Source: Tenuifilaceae bacterium
GTDB lineage: Bacteria > Bacteroidota > Bacteroidia > Bacteroidales > Tenuifilaceae
DNA: 39,911 bases
Assembly: GCA_035380045.1 (NCBI GenBank)
Contig: DAOSWM010000025.1
Location: 1 to 39,911 of the forward strand
Direction of reading: 5' to 3'
Part shown: in pieces, positions 26,276 through 36,209 of the stretch
Position numbering within the stretch: the first letter of the stretch is position 1
Layout of the letters: every line of letters starts with the position of its first letter
Program-made: the position numbers and the translations under genes
The notes under the pieces: model-generated
Database searches by the model: none
What the model was told of the DNA's origin: nothing
The model's input: the letters and a program-made list of their open reading frames with translations, nothing else

Positions 26276-27274
26276 ATGACAAAGATTTTAGCAATTGGAA
26301 ATGCGCTGGTTGATATTATGACCTCGCTTGAAAATGACTCTCTACTTGAAAAGTTAAAACTCCCTAAAGGCAGCATGCAACTTGTAGATGATGCTACAAG
26401 CGCAAAAGCAATGGAGTCAACAAAAGGGCTGAAGCAAGTTTTAGCCACAGGAGGTAGCGCCGCAAACACAACCAATGGGCTATCGAACCTTGGTATTGAC
26501 TCATCGTTCATTGGCAAAGTTGGAAGTGATGAACTGGGCAAATTCTTCAGAAACGACATGAAAAAGAACGGGATAAATCCCATTTTGCTAACAGGTAAAG
26601 CTCCAACTGGCAGGGCACTCGCCTTGGTATCACCCGATTCAGAAAGAACCTTTGCCGTAAACCTTGGCGCTGCCATAGAAATGGTTCCCGATGATTTGAA
26701 CGAAGACATGTTTACTGGCTATAGCTACTTCCATATTGAAGGCTACCTGGTACAAAACCACAACTTAATTGAGAAAGCCCTGGTCCTAGCAAAAAAGGCA
26801 GGGTTAATAGTTTCTCTTGATATGGCAAGCTTTAACGTTGTTGAGGCCAACAGGGATTTCTTGAAGAAAGTTATTTCCAACTACGTTGACATTGTTTTTG
26901 CCAACGAGGATGAGTCGAAGGCTTTCACTGGTCTATCTCCCGAAGAGTCGCTTCATGCGTTAGCCGAAATGGTAAAAATTGCCATTGTAAAAGTTGGCTC
27001 AAACGGTTCAATGATAAAATCGGGTAACGAGGTTCAAAAAGTTGGTGTTATTAAAGTTAATCCAATTGACAGCACCGGAGCCGGTGATTTATATGCCTCG
27101 GGATTTCTATATGGACTATCAAAAGGACTTAGCCTAAAGCAGTGCGGTTCTATAGGAGCTGTTCTTTCAGGGAAAGTTATTGAAGTAATGGGCCCAAAAA
27201 TGGCTCCTGAAACCTGGGAGATTGTCAAAAAAATGGTTACCCGAATAATTCAAGGCGAAGAAATTGTATCATAA
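26276..27274 (+). CDS. PfkB-family carbohydrate/nucleoside kinase (adenosine kinase-like)
   Basis: The ribokinase-fold motifs are present: N-terminal ILAIGNALVDI, GGSAANT and the C-terminal DSTGAGDLYASGFLYGL. Confidence 0.8.
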   Translation: MTKILAIGNALVDIMTSLENDSLLEKLKLPKGSMQLVDDATSAKAMESTKGLKQVLATGGSAANTTNGLSNLGIDSSFIGKVGSDELGKFFRNDMKKNGINPILLTGKAPTGRALALVSPDSERTFAVNLGAAIEMVPDDLNEDMFTGYSYFHIEGYLVQNHNLIEKALVLAKKAGLIVSLDMASFNVVEANRDFLKKVISNYVDIVFANEDESKAFTGLSPEESLHALAEMVKIAIVKVGSNGSMIKSGNEVQKVGVIKVNPIDSTGAGDLYASGFLYGLSKGLSLKQCGSIGAVLSGKVIEVMGPKMAPETWEIVKKMVTRIIQGEEIVS

Positions 27275-27280
27275 TTGGAA

Positions 27281-27802
27281 TTAAGGTAATTCGCACCAGA
27301 ATCGCCAAGGTTTCAATCCCCACTCGTCCCCTGCATAATCAACTCCTATGCGGGGGCCTTGTTTTATTTCTACCTTCATGTTCATATCAGTTACCCAAAT
27401 CCTATTCGATGAGAATAAATCTTCTCCATAGAACGATTTGTCAATTTCAAGCAACCGCGATACTCTTCCTGGCCCTGTAACTCCCTTCATACTCCTAACT
27501 AAAACTGCTTGTGGCGTATCAATGCTACCTGTTACAAAATTAAGCATCCAGTATATTCCGTAGATAAGGTACACGTACACTAGGCCTCCTCTCCCAAACA
27601 TTACTTCTGTACGAGGAGTTCTGCCTTTGCTAGCATGGCATGCAAGGTCATCGACTCCCCGGTAGGCTTCAACTTCAGTGATAACAAACGATTGTAGTTG
27701 ACCATTCTCAAATCGTCTTGTAATGCGCTTCCCCAATAATTCAGGAGCAACAACTAGCACATCGCGCTGAAAGAATTTGGAATCAAGTCTTTCTCTCTTC
27801 AT
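27281..27802 (-). CDS. DNA-3-methyladenine glycosylase (Mpg/AAG family)
   Basis: VAPELLGK...EVEAYRG..D.A.HA..GRT.R...MFG.GG..YVY..YG family pattern. It is 173 aa. Confidence 0.75.
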   Translation of the reverse strand: MKRERLDSKFFQRDVLVVAPELLGKRITRRFENGQLQSFVITEVEAYRGVDDLACHASKGRTPRTEVMFGRGGLVYVYLIYGIYWMLNFVTGSIDTPQAVLVRSMKGVTGPGRVSRLLEIDKSFYGEDLFSSNRIWVTDMNMKVEIKQGPRIGVDYAGDEWGLKPWRFWCELP

Positions 27803-27805
27803 TTA

Positions 27806-29434
27806 TTAAAGGATGGATTCGTTGCTCTCTTTCGAGAACACAGCGATGCTGTAAAAAATTGAAGCCAGACACACGCCAACATGGGTTTGGAATGTATCCT
27901 CATTAAACATTGAAAGGGTTATGATAAAGAAAAATGTAATTGCCAAAAAATCGGTATGCCTTTTTTCCTGAAAGAAGGGGATAAACCAGCCTGTAAGGAA
28001 AAAAACAAACCCAAAAAATCCGAGGGCAACCCATTGCGTTAAATATTGGTTGTGGCTAAGATACCAAAAAGGTTTGTGTAAATTTGGTTCGTTTAACCTG
28101 TAGTATTCAGTGAACGAATCAGCCAAATCACCGGTACCAACTCCAAACCAAAAGTATTCAGATATTAAAGCTATAGCTGATTTAATATATATGAAGCGTT
28201 GAACGAATGGGCTTCCGTTTACCTGCCCAATATTCAGGTACTGGTCAATTTCCCAGAAAAACTGATACATTCGGGGGTACAAACCAAACCTGTGCTGCTT
28301 GAATATAATGCTGGTAACCCCCGATTCAATCAACCCCACATCAACCTTGTCAAGCTTCGATATTCCAACAGAATCTTTTGTAAGCCCCATTGAAGATAAG
28401 TAACGAATCAGGGTTGCGTTTAATGGCTGGCCCAATCTATCCTTACCACTAAAAGGAATGTTGCTGATTCTATTCCACTCATTACTTAGCTCACTCCATG
28501 AAATATTAATCCATACTGGATAACCATTCTCATACTGAATTTTTTGTGGGTCATGGAAGTAAACATTCCCATTCTTTGTTTCCAACTCGAGGTCGCTTTC
28601 GTCAAAAGGTTGCCTTGTGAAATAGGCATCAACTTGGTGTGCCGTAAACGAGGCAACAAAAAGGACTGAACAGCATAGGAAAACAAATATCGCAAAACGT
28701 CCCACAATGTTTTGAACAAAAAAAACTGACAAGAACAACAAGAAGAGCACCGTACTGACCAAAACAACCACTGCCGTTAGCGACTGAAGTATTAGTATAA
28801 AAAACAGGAGCCAAGCTAGCACCACAATAAATACCGAACGTGCCATTCCTTTCATAAAAAGAGGTGGCTTTACAAGGTAAAAAACGCATATAAAAAATGC
28901 AATATTAACCATTAAACCAAACCTAATGTGGGAAACAAAAGGCGATATTTCCCTTACGTTGGCTCCTCCAAAGTAGAATGTTTGAAAGAATAAGAACGAG
29001 CTGTAGAAAGAGGCAACTAATACCGATATAACAAAAATTGTTAACAGATAAAAAAGTTCCCTTCCATTAACAGGCGTCGATGTGGCAAGAACAAGTGGTA
29101 AAAAAAGTAATGGAAGTTTCAATCGGAGTTCGGATAGGCCATAGGCAAAATTCGAGGTGTAAAACATTCCAACCAACAATGAAAAGTATATAAGCATGAA
29201 AAGGAGTGCAGACCTTCTTTTAGCCAACATTTTAACCTTTCGTTTTATTCCACCCTCAAGGATCCAATTGACCGAAAGCGATATTACACCAATACTAAGA
29301 GCGTACTCTGAAAAAGGCAAGCTTGCAAGCGATAACGCTAACGATGCAAAAAATATTTTTCGATGAACACCTTCTTTAAAAAGACCCATGGCATAGCTGC
29401 TTAACATTCTCCTCAAAGGTAGAAAAAATCTCAT
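27806..29434 (-). CDS. Polytopic integral membrane protein (possibly O-antigen ligase/polymerase-like)
   Basis: It has more than 10 hydrophobic helices and a large loop near the C-terminal third. No firm family call is made. Confidence 0.4.
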   Translation of the reverse strand: MRFFLPLRRMLSSYAMGLFKEGVHRKIFFASLALSLASLPFSEYALSIGVISLSVNWILEGGIKRKVKMLAKRRSALLFMLIYFSLLVGMFYTSNFAYGLSELRLKLPLLFLPLVLATSTPVNGRELFYLLTIFVISVLVASFYSSFLFFQTFYFGGANVREISPFVSHIRFGLMVNIAFFICVFYLVKPPLFMKGMARSVFIVVLAWLLFFILILQSLTAVVVLVSTVLFLLFLSVFFVQNIVGRFAIFVFLCCSVLFVASFTAHQVDAYFTRQPFDESDLELETKNGNVYFHDPQKIQYENGYPVWINISWSELSNEWNRISNIPFSGKDRLGQPLNATLIRYLSSMGLTKDSVGISKLDKVDVGLIESGVTSIIFKQHRFGLYPRMYQFFWEIDQYLNIGQVNGSPFVQRFIYIKSAIALISEYFWFGVGTGDLADSFTEYYRLNEPNLHKPFWYLSHNQYLTQWVALGFFGFVFFLTGWFIPFFQEKRHTDFLAITFFFIITLSMFNEDTFQTHVGVCLASIFYSIAVFSKESNESIL

Positions 29435-29591
29435 TTTTGCAAGCCAATAAAAAAACGAGGATACTTTTAAAAAAATAAATCACGGTATGTATTGTAGTTT
29501 AAATAAATAGCTGTATTTTTGCAACCCGCTTATCATAGCCGTTTGGATCACGGTAAATTAAGGTATTAACTAAAAACAAAGGAAAAGAGAC

Positions 29592-30047
29592 GTGGACACA
29601 CTAAGCTACAAAACCGTATCGGCCAACGACGCCACCGTTACCAAGGAGTGGGTTGTGGTTGATGCTACTAACGAGGTTTTGGGGCGACTGGCCAGCAAAG
29701 TAGCAAAAATGCTACGCGGCAAGTACAAGCCAAACTTCACTCCACATGTTGATTGTGGCGATAACGTTATCGTTATCAATGCTGAAAGGGTACGCTTAAC
29801 CGGTAAGAAACTTACCGACAAGCAGTACGTACACTACACTGGTTATCCGGGAGGACAACGCTTTGGAACTCCAAAGGAATGGCTGCATCGTAAGCCTGCT
29901 GCAGTAATTGAGCACGCAGTAAAAGGGATGCTTCCAAAAAACCGACTAGGTTCCAAAATCTATGGGAATCTTCATGTATACGCTGGATCAGAGCACCCAC
30001 ATGAAGCACAAAAACCAAAGGAAATTAAACTAAACACAATTAAATAG
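29592..30047 (+). CDS. rplM: 50S ribosomal protein L13
   Basis: MDTLSYKTVSANDATVTKEWVVVDATNEVLGRLAS is a strong L13 match. The start is an apparent GTG. Confidence 0.9.
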   Translation: MDTLSYKTVSANDATVTKEWVVVDATNEVLGRLASKVAKMLRGKYKPNFTPHVDCGDNVIVINAERVRLTGKKLTDKQYVHYTGYPGGQRFGTPKEWLHRKPAAVIEHAVKGMLPKNRLGSKIYGNLHVYAGSEHPHEAQKPKEIKLNTIK

Positions 30048-30052
30048 AAGTT

Positions 30053-30439
30053 ATGCAGGTTTACAACGCAACAGGAAGAAGGAAAAGCGCTGTGGCTCGT
30101 GTTTACCTCCAAGAAGGCAAAGGAAACATAACCATCAACGGAAAAGATATTAAGGACTACTTCCCATCAGAACTTATGCAGTATGTTGTTAAACAACCCC
30201 TTGAAGTTCTGAACCTACTTGGTAGCTACGATGTGAAGGTAAACGTCGATGGTGGCGGAGTAAAAGGCCAAGCCGAAGCTCTCCGTTTGGGTATTGCCCG
30301 TGCGCTGGTTGAACTCAACCCTGAGAACAAACCAACCCTTAAGGCTAATGGCTTTATGACTCGCGATCCACGTGAAGTAGAACGCAAAAAGCCAGGTCAA
30401 CCAAAAGCAAGGAAAAGATTCCAGTTTAGCAAACGTTAA
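30053..30439 (+). CDS. rpsI: 30S ribosomal protein S9
   Basis: GRRKSAVARVYL and the C-terminal KKPGQPKARKRFQFSKR are characteristic of S9. Confidence 0.9.
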   Translation: MQVYNATGRRKSAVARVYLQEGKGNITINGKDIKDYFPSELMQYVVKQPLEVLNLLGSYDVKVNVDGGGVKGQAEALRLGIARALVELNPENKPTLKANGFMTRDPREVERKKPGQPKARKRFQFSKR

Positions 30440-30546
30440 ACAATTATTAACTATTTGGCAAACAGCATTTGCTGTAAATTGACAGGACTTTCATTGCCGA
30501 AACTACCTGACAATTGCCATAATTTAAAACAAACTACACTACTAAA

Positions 30547-31404
30547 ATGCCAAGAACCGATTTTAAAGAGTTACTAGACGCTGGTGTACATTTTGGTCAC
30601 CTCAAGCGCAAGTGGAATCCTAAAATGGCTCCCTACATCTTCATGGAGCGTAACGGGATTCATATTATTGACCTGCAGAAAACTGCAATAAAAATTGACG
30701 AAGCCGCTTCAGCTGTAAAGCAAATAGCTAAATCAGGGCGGAAAGTCCTTTTTGTTGCCACAAAAAAACAGGCAAAAGAAATTGTTGCCGAAAGAGTTAA
30801 ACAAGTGAACATGCCATACGTTACCGAGCGTTGGCCAGGCGGTATGCTTACCAACTTCCCTACTATTCGTAAGGCTGTAAAGAAAATGTCATCAATAGAC
30901 AAGATGCTAACTGACGGTACCTTCGATAACCTATCGAAACGCGAAAAGTTACAAATCACCCGTCAACGTGCGAAGCTTGAGAAGAACCTTGGCTCAATTG
31001 CAGATCTTAACCGCTTACCCGCAGCACTTTTTGTTGTTGATGTTCAGAAAGAATACATCGCTGTAAGAGAAGCTAAAAAACTAAACATTCCGGTATTCGC
31101 AATGGTTGATACCTGCTGTGATCCAACACCCATCGATTTTGTGATTCCGGCCAACGATGATGCTTCTAAATCAATTTCTCTAATTGTTGACATCATGTCA
31201 AAAGCCATTGAGGAAGGTCTTAATGAGCGTAAGGCTGAGAAAGAGAAGGAACCTGCTGAAAGGGAAGGAGATGATGCAAACGAACAACCAAAAACTGCTC
31301 GCACCAGGGCAAGAAAAGGTGGGAAAACCGAAAAACCAAGAACAATTGCTCCTAAGAAGCAGAAGGATGTGGAAGACGAAGAAGAAACATCTACAGAAGA
31401 ATAG
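30547..31404 (+). CDS. rpsB: 30S ribosomal protein S2
   Basis: LLDAGVHFGHLKRKWNPKMAPYIF is the S2 signature. It carries an acidic/basic C-terminal extension. Confidence 0.9.
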   Translation: MPRTDFKELLDAGVHFGHLKRKWNPKMAPYIFMERNGIHIIDLQKTAIKIDEAASAVKQIAKSGRKVLFVATKKQAKEIVAERVKQVNMPYVTERWPGGMLTNFPTIRKAVKKMSSIDKMLTDGTFDNLSKREKLQITRQRAKLEKNLGSIADLNRLPAALFVVDVQKEYIAVREAKKLNIPVFAMVDTCCDPTPIDFVIPANDDASKSISLIVDIMSKAIEEGLNERKAEKEKEPAEREGDDANEQPKTARTRARKGGKTEKPRTIAPKKQKDVEDEEETSTEE

Positions 31405-31446
31405 CATCAAAACAAGTTTAACCAACGAAATATAATTATTTACAAT

Positions 31447-32277
31447 ATGTCAGACGTAAAAACCGCCGATATAGCCAAACTCCGAAAACTTACCGGAGCA
31501 GGCATGATGGATTGCAAAAAAGCCTTAGAGGAGTCAAACAACGATATCGATAAAGCTGTTGAGTTAATTCGCGAACGCGGAAAAGCTATTGCAAACAAGC
31601 GTGCCGACCGTGAAGCAGGCGAAGGTGCTGCTCTTGCAGCCACCAACAATAACGCTACACACGGTGCCATTGTAGTTCTAAACTGTGAAACCGACTTTGT
31701 TGCCAAGAACGATGATTTTGTGGGTCTTACAAAAAAAATTCTAACCTCTGCTATTGAAAATAAACCTGCTAGCCTCGATGAACTTAAGAACATGCAGATT
31801 GAAGGCAGAAAGGTTGCTGACTTGGTTACCGATCAGTCGGGAATTACTGGCGAGAAGTTCGAACTATCATACTACGAAATGTTGGAAGCACCAAAAGTTG
31901 TTTTCTACATCCACCCAGGTAACAAGCTGGCAACTATTGTTGGATTCAACAAAACTGGATTTGAAGAACAAGTTGGTAAAGATATCGCCATGCAGATTGC
32001 TGCCATGAATCCTGTATCTATTGATAAGGACGATGTGCCAGAAAAAGTTCGTAAGCAGGAGTTTGAAATTGGCCGGGAGCAAGCTCGTTTAGAAGGTAAA
32101 CCTGAAAATATGCTCGACAAGATTGCTGAAGGGAAACTCAACAAGTTCTTCAAAGAAAGCACGCTGCTGAACCAAGACTTCATTAAGGATGGCAAATCCA
32201 GTGTTCGTCAGTACCTTGAGTCAGTTGACAAGGAACTTAAAGTTACCGGTTTCAAACGAGTATCGTTAACTATTTAG
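31447..32277 (+). CDS. tsf: Elongation factor Ts
   Basis: The N-terminus IAKLRKLTGAGMMDCKKAL is the EF-Ts UBA-like motif. Its position immediately after rpsB matches the conserved operon. Confidence 0.9.
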   Translation: MSDVKTADIAKLRKLTGAGMMDCKKALEESNNDIDKAVELIRERGKAIANKRADREAGEGAALAATNNNATHGAIVVLNCETDFVAKNDDFVGLTKKILTSAIENKPASLDELKNMQIEGRKVADLVTDQSGITGEKFELSYYEMLEAPKVVFYIHPGNKLATIVGFNKTGFEEQVGKDIAMQIAAMNPVSIDKDDVPEKVRKQEFEIGREQARLEGKPENMLDKIAEGKLNKFFKESTLLNQDFIKDGKSSVRQYLESVDKELKVTGFKRVSLTI

Positions 32278-32297
32278 TTCCTATTAAATATTTAAAA

Positions 32298-32324
32298 AGC
32301 CACCCAAACAGGTGGCTTTTTTTA
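32298..32324 (+). terminator. Rho-independent terminator after tsf
   Basis: AGCCACC...GGTGGCT hairpin followed by TTTTTTT. Confidence 0.55.
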
Positions 32325-32414
32325 TGCCATGACTTTAGTAAGGCATAAAAAATAGTATGTTTTTTAAGAATTGCTTTTTCAATTTGCTATTTTTACAACA
32401 TAAAACCAAAGAGC

Positions 32415-33125
32415 ATGATAAAATACCAAAGGATTCTTCTTAAACTCAGTGGCGAAGCGCTAATGGGAGACGATAAGTACGGAATAAACACAAGCATCCT
32501 AAACAGCTATGCTGAACAGGTAAAAGAAATATCCAGCTTGGGCATTGAAGTGGCAATTGTTATTGGAGGCGGAAATATATTCAGAGGATTAAGTGGTGTT
32601 TCAAAGGGGTTCGACAGGGTAAAAGGCGACCAAATGGGAATGCTCGCCACCGTAATTAATAGCTTGGCGCTTCAGAGCGCCATTGAAGGAGCTGGTGGGA
32701 AGGCTAAGGTTTTCACCGCAACAAAAATGGAACCCGTTGGGGAGCTCTACTCGAAGGCAAAAGTCCTTGATGCGTTTCAGCACGGGTACGTTTCAATTAT
32801 TGCAGGGGGAACCGGAAACCCTTTCTTCACAACCGATACGGCGTCCTCGCTTCGTGGAGTAGAAATTGAAGCTGAAGCGCTACTAAAAGGGACCAGAGTT
32901 GATGGGGTTTATAATGCAGACCCTGAGAAGGATAAAAATGCAGTTAAGTTTGATGAACTTACCTTTGAAGAAGCCTACAGCCAGAAGCTTAAAATTATGG
33001 ATTTAACTGCCTTCACAATGTGTAGCGAGAATAATCTGCCCATTATTGTTTTCGACATGAACACTCCAGGTAACCTAAAAAAAGTTGTTTTTGGTGAAAA
33101 AATTGGAACTTTGGTAAAAAATTGA
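32415..33125 (+). CDS. pyrH: UMP kinase
   Basis: YQRILLKLSGEAL...IVIGGGNIFRG...MGMLATVINSLAL matches PyrH. Confidence 0.9.
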   Translation: MIKYQRILLKLSGEALMGDDKYGINTSILNSYAEQVKEISSLGIEVAIVIGGGNIFRGLSGVSKGFDRVKGDQMGMLATVINSLALQSAIEGAGGKAKVFTATKMEPVGELYSKAKVLDAFQHGYVSIIAGGTGNPFFTTDTASSLRGVEIEAEALLKGTRVDGVYNADPEKDKNAVKFDELTFEEAYSQKLKIMDLTAFTMCSENNLPIIVFDMNTPGNLKKVVFGEKIGTLVKN

Positions 33126-33161
33126 ATATTTTTACTCCCGTTATATAAAACAAGAGAAGCA

Positions 33162-33725
33162 ATGAAAGAAGAAGCCAACCTTCAAATAGAGATGGCCGAA
33201 GAAAGGATGAATAAGGCCATAGAACATCTGGACAATGAACTCAGAATAATTAGAGCCGGGAAAGCCAATCCTGCCATGCTCTCTGGAATAATGGTTGACT
33301 ACTACGGAACCATGACTCCTCTCCAGCAAATTTCAAACGTAGGAGCCCCCGATGCCCGCACCATTACGATTCAACCATGGGAAAAAGCAATGATTGGACC
33401 TATTGAGAAAGCGATTATGGCAGCAAACCTAGGCTTTAACCCACAAAATAACGGTGAATTGGTACGCATTGCCGTTCCTCCCCTAACCGAAGAGCGCAGA
33501 AAGTTACTTGTAAAACAGGTGAAAACGGAGGGAGAGAATGCCCGGGTTAGCATTCGGAATGCCCGCCGCGATGCGAATGAAGAAATTAAGAAACTTCAAA
33601 AGAACGGGCTTGCTGAAGATATTGCCAAGGATTGTGAATTAGACATCCAAAAACTTACCGATAGCTACAACAAGAAAGTTGACGAGCTGCTGGTAAAAAA
33701 AGAACAAGAAATACTTACTGTATAA
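33162..33725 (+). CDS. frr: Ribosome recycling factor
   Basis: 187 aa. The basic helical arm motifs NLQIEMAEERMNKAIEHLDNELRIIRAGKANPAML...IRNARRDANEE match the RRF pattern. Confidence 0.9.
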   Translation: MKEEANLQIEMAEERMNKAIEHLDNELRIIRAGKANPAMLSGIMVDYYGTMTPLQQISNVGAPDARTITIQPWEKAMIGPIEKAIMAANLGFNPQNNGELVRIAVPPLTEERRKLLVKQVKTEGENARVSIRNARRDANEEIKKLQKNGLAEDIAKDCELDIQKLTDSYNKKVDELLVKKEQEILTV

Positions 33726-33727
33726 AA

Positions 33728-33880
33728 GAGGGTGCCTTAAAAGTTCATTGTGTGACTCTGTGAAGGACACCGAGAAACTCTGTGAAACTTATAATTTATT
33801 GTATCACAGTGTATCTCAGAGGAATCACAGAGTTCCACAGAGTAGTAAATCTAATCCTTTTTAACTTTTGAGACAGCCCC
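33728..33880. repeat. MITE-like dispersed repeat, copy B (~153 bp), immediately after the frr stop
   Basis: About 85% identical to 4874-5027. It shares the TGTGTGACTCTGTGAA...TTATTGTATCACAGTGTATC...CACAGAGTTCCACAGAG core and the terminal inverted repeats. Confidence 0.6.
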
Positions 33881-33882
33881 TT

Positions 33883-35052
33883 CTAGCTCACAATTTCGAA
33901 ACCTAGCAACCTTGCCATTACCTCAAGGTGCAACAAATAGTTGCCAGGCACAATTAAATGGTGGTTCCCCAATGGGTTATGGGTAAAATAGCGATGCTGC
34001 ATTTCGCTGAATTTTAGGGTTAGCTGGGTTCTACAGGCATTCTTGGAATAGGGACTTTTCTCAACAATTCCAATACCAAAAAATATTTTTGACAACTCCT
34101 TGTCAATCCTGAAAACGGTGAATTCGTTTCCCTTTACTTTACCATTTATAGCGGCTCCCTTATCCGTTTCGAAGTGGGTTTCAACCGTAAAATCGGAGAC
34201 TAAATTGCTAGGTATGGTACAGTGAGCGAAAAGAATATTCGCTTCGTTCACATAGGCAACATTCGCCATCCACGGTGTAATTCCGAAAATTTCCTTGCCA
34301 AGCATCATACCTATCATGCTGCAGATATCGCCTTCGCATCCTGCAGGAATACCATCTAGACTTAACTTAGAAAGGCCAAGGCAAGCAGTAGTATTACAAG
34401 CGTTCACAAGCGAAAAGCACTCAACGGTTACTGCGCTCAACTGTTTACTCGCAACTTGCTTTGCAATAGCCTCGTACACTTTCCCTGCCATTTCAATTCC
34501 TTCGTTCGAATCGGATTTGAAAAACGACATGAAATCGGCAGCAACGCTCGTTTGTTCCGAGGGTTTTACCTCGCTCCAGGGAATTGTAACCTGTTCAACC
34601 CCTAGTTTTTCATTGATTAAATCGGGGTTAATTACGGAGTTAATTAACCAATCGGACGGTTCGCCAACCAAACCAAACCGCTTCCCTTTTAAACTCTCAA
34701 GCCCCTTCCTTACTGCATACAAAGCTGCCACCAGCTGAACAGTTTCGGGTTTCGATTGGTCAACAAGCAAGCTCGAAATATTATTGGCATTCATCCAGGC
34801 TTTCACTTCAGTGGCTGCTGCCCACGAATTATCTTTTGGGGAGGCAATTACCAGGTAAAACCTGTTGGGCTTTGCCGACTGTACCACCTGCGACTCGGAA
34901 CCGCCTGTAAGAAATACAAAAATATCGGGGTTTGAGTCAACAAACTCAACTTTATCCTGTGGAAAAAGATGCAGTAAATTCTTTTTAGCCCTTGAAAATA
35001 ATGCTAACTCAGCATTGGTGTATGCGAGTAATTTTACCCTTAACTTGTACAT
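33883..35052 (-). CDS. L-arabinose/L-fucose isomerase-superfamily protein (sugar isomerase-like, ~390 aa)
   Basis: The N-terminal VFLTGGSESQ resembles the AraA FxxGSQ motif. A central AGCEGD block resembles the AraA catalytic GEGD region. The ORF track start at 35190 would overlap the upstream gene. The internal ATG at 35052 (MYKLRVKLLA...) is preferred. Confidence 0.45.
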   Translation of the reverse strand: MYKLRVKLLAYTNAELALFSRAKKNLLHLFPQDKVEFVDSNPDIFVFLTGGSESQVVQSAKPNRFYLVIASPKDNSWAAATEVKAWMNANNISSLLVDQSKPETVQLVAALYAVRKGLESLKGKRFGLVGEPSDWLINSVINPDLINEKLGVEQVTIPWSEVKPSEQTSVAADFMSFFKSDSNEGIEMAGKVYEAIAKQVASKQLSAVTVECFSLVNACNTTACLGLSKLSLDGIPAGCEGDICSMIGMMLGKEIFGITPWMANVAYVNEANILFAHCTIPSNLVSDFTVETHFETDKGAAINGKVKGNEFTVFRIDKELSKIFFGIGIVEKSPYSKNACRTQLTLKFSEMQHRYFTHNPLGNHHLIVPGNYLLHLEVMARLLGFEIVS

Positions 35053-35141
35053 AGCGTAGAATGGTTTGAAACTTAGCCCCAAAGATGTAATAAAATAGCG
35101 AGAATGTAAACAGTTTTCTGTTCCTAATTCAATTTGAATAT

Positions 35142-36161
35142 CTAAACTTTGTAATCGAGGGGCATACGACCATAGGGGCAATCGGAGCAAACTGGCATTG
35201 AATTTCTTCGAGTTAACACATTCATCCTAAACCTATTGTAATGCTCGGATTTCCAAATTTCTTTTACAGAGGCAAAACGTAACGAACCCAAAATGTACTG
35301 TGCATTCTTGTCGAAGCAGCAGGGAACAATCCACCCATCGTGAGTTACCGAAAGTTTGAACCATGGAGCAGAGCATGAAGCGGAGGAATTTGCCTTTAGC
35401 GATACGCTCCCATCACTACCTAGCTTGTAACGGCTATACTTGGTTCCGAGCGGAACCAATAAGGGTACGTTTTCATCAGAAACAACTTGAACCGTTTTTA
35501 GTCTTATCACATCTGCCCCTATAGTTTTTGCGTTATTTCGAAAGGTTGATATTTCGCTAACGTTATTCTTAAACATAAGAAGCTCAAGAACAACAATCGG
35601 GTAAGTGCTTCCAATCTCCTTTTTCGCATTGATAATTGCAGCGATTCCCTCGGCAACGGCTCCGGAACGCTCTCCCTTCCTATACTGCCCAGTTGTGTTA
35701 AAATTGGCCGAATCAACTGAAACAACAATTTTCTTCAACCCCGATTTAACCAGTAACGCAGCGTTACCCTTATTAATTAGGGTAGCATTCGTGGCCATTT
35801 CGGTAACTATTTTTTTTGATGTTGCGTAAGCAATAAACGAAAAGATTTGAGGGTTCATCATGGGCTCGCCCTGAAAGTGAAGTAAAACCGTATAGGCAAA
35901 CCCCGCAATCTGGTTGGTAATGGTTTTAAAAACCTCAAAATCCATGTCGCCACTCCTTCTTTTCAACTCTCCCCTTCCTGTTGTGCATTCGGAACACTTT
36001 AGGTTACATCGAGTTGTTGGTTCAATAGAGATGCTGTAGGGATTGCCAAAAACAACAGGCCAACGAATAAGTTTCGAAAACACAAAGCCAATCCGACACA
36101 TAAGGAGATTGAGTAATCTTCTCAGGGTTGTATGCCGGATGTAGAGAATTAGTTCCTTCAA
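35142..36161 (-). CDS. Radical SAM protein with C-terminal SPASM domain
   Basis: The CX3CX2C motif is TRCNLKCSEC. The Cys-rich C-terminus CSAPWF...VPCCFD...PVCSDCPY is SPASM-like. The start is either the TTG at 36161 or the ATG at 36101. Confidence 0.7.
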   Translation of the reverse strand: MKELILYIRHTTLRRLLNLLMCRIGFVFSKLIRWPVVFGNPYSISIEPTTRCNLKCSECTTGRGELKRRSGDMDFEVFKTITNQIAGFAYTVLLHFQGEPMMNPQIFSFIAYATSKKIVTEMATNATLINKGNAALLVKSGLKKIVVSVDSANFNTTGQYRKGERSGAVAEGIAAIINAKKEIGSTYPIVVLELLMFKNNVSEISTFRNNAKTIGADVIRLKTVQVVSDENVPLLVPLGTKYSRYKLGSDGSVSLKANSSASCSAPWFKLSVTHDGWIVPCCFDKNAQYILGSLRFASVKEIWKSEHYNRFRMNVLTRRNSMPVCSDCPYGRMPLDYKV

Positions 36162-36209
36162 TAGTGAAGCTATTAATCCCTTAGTTACTAGAAGAAAAAA
36201 GCGATGCTA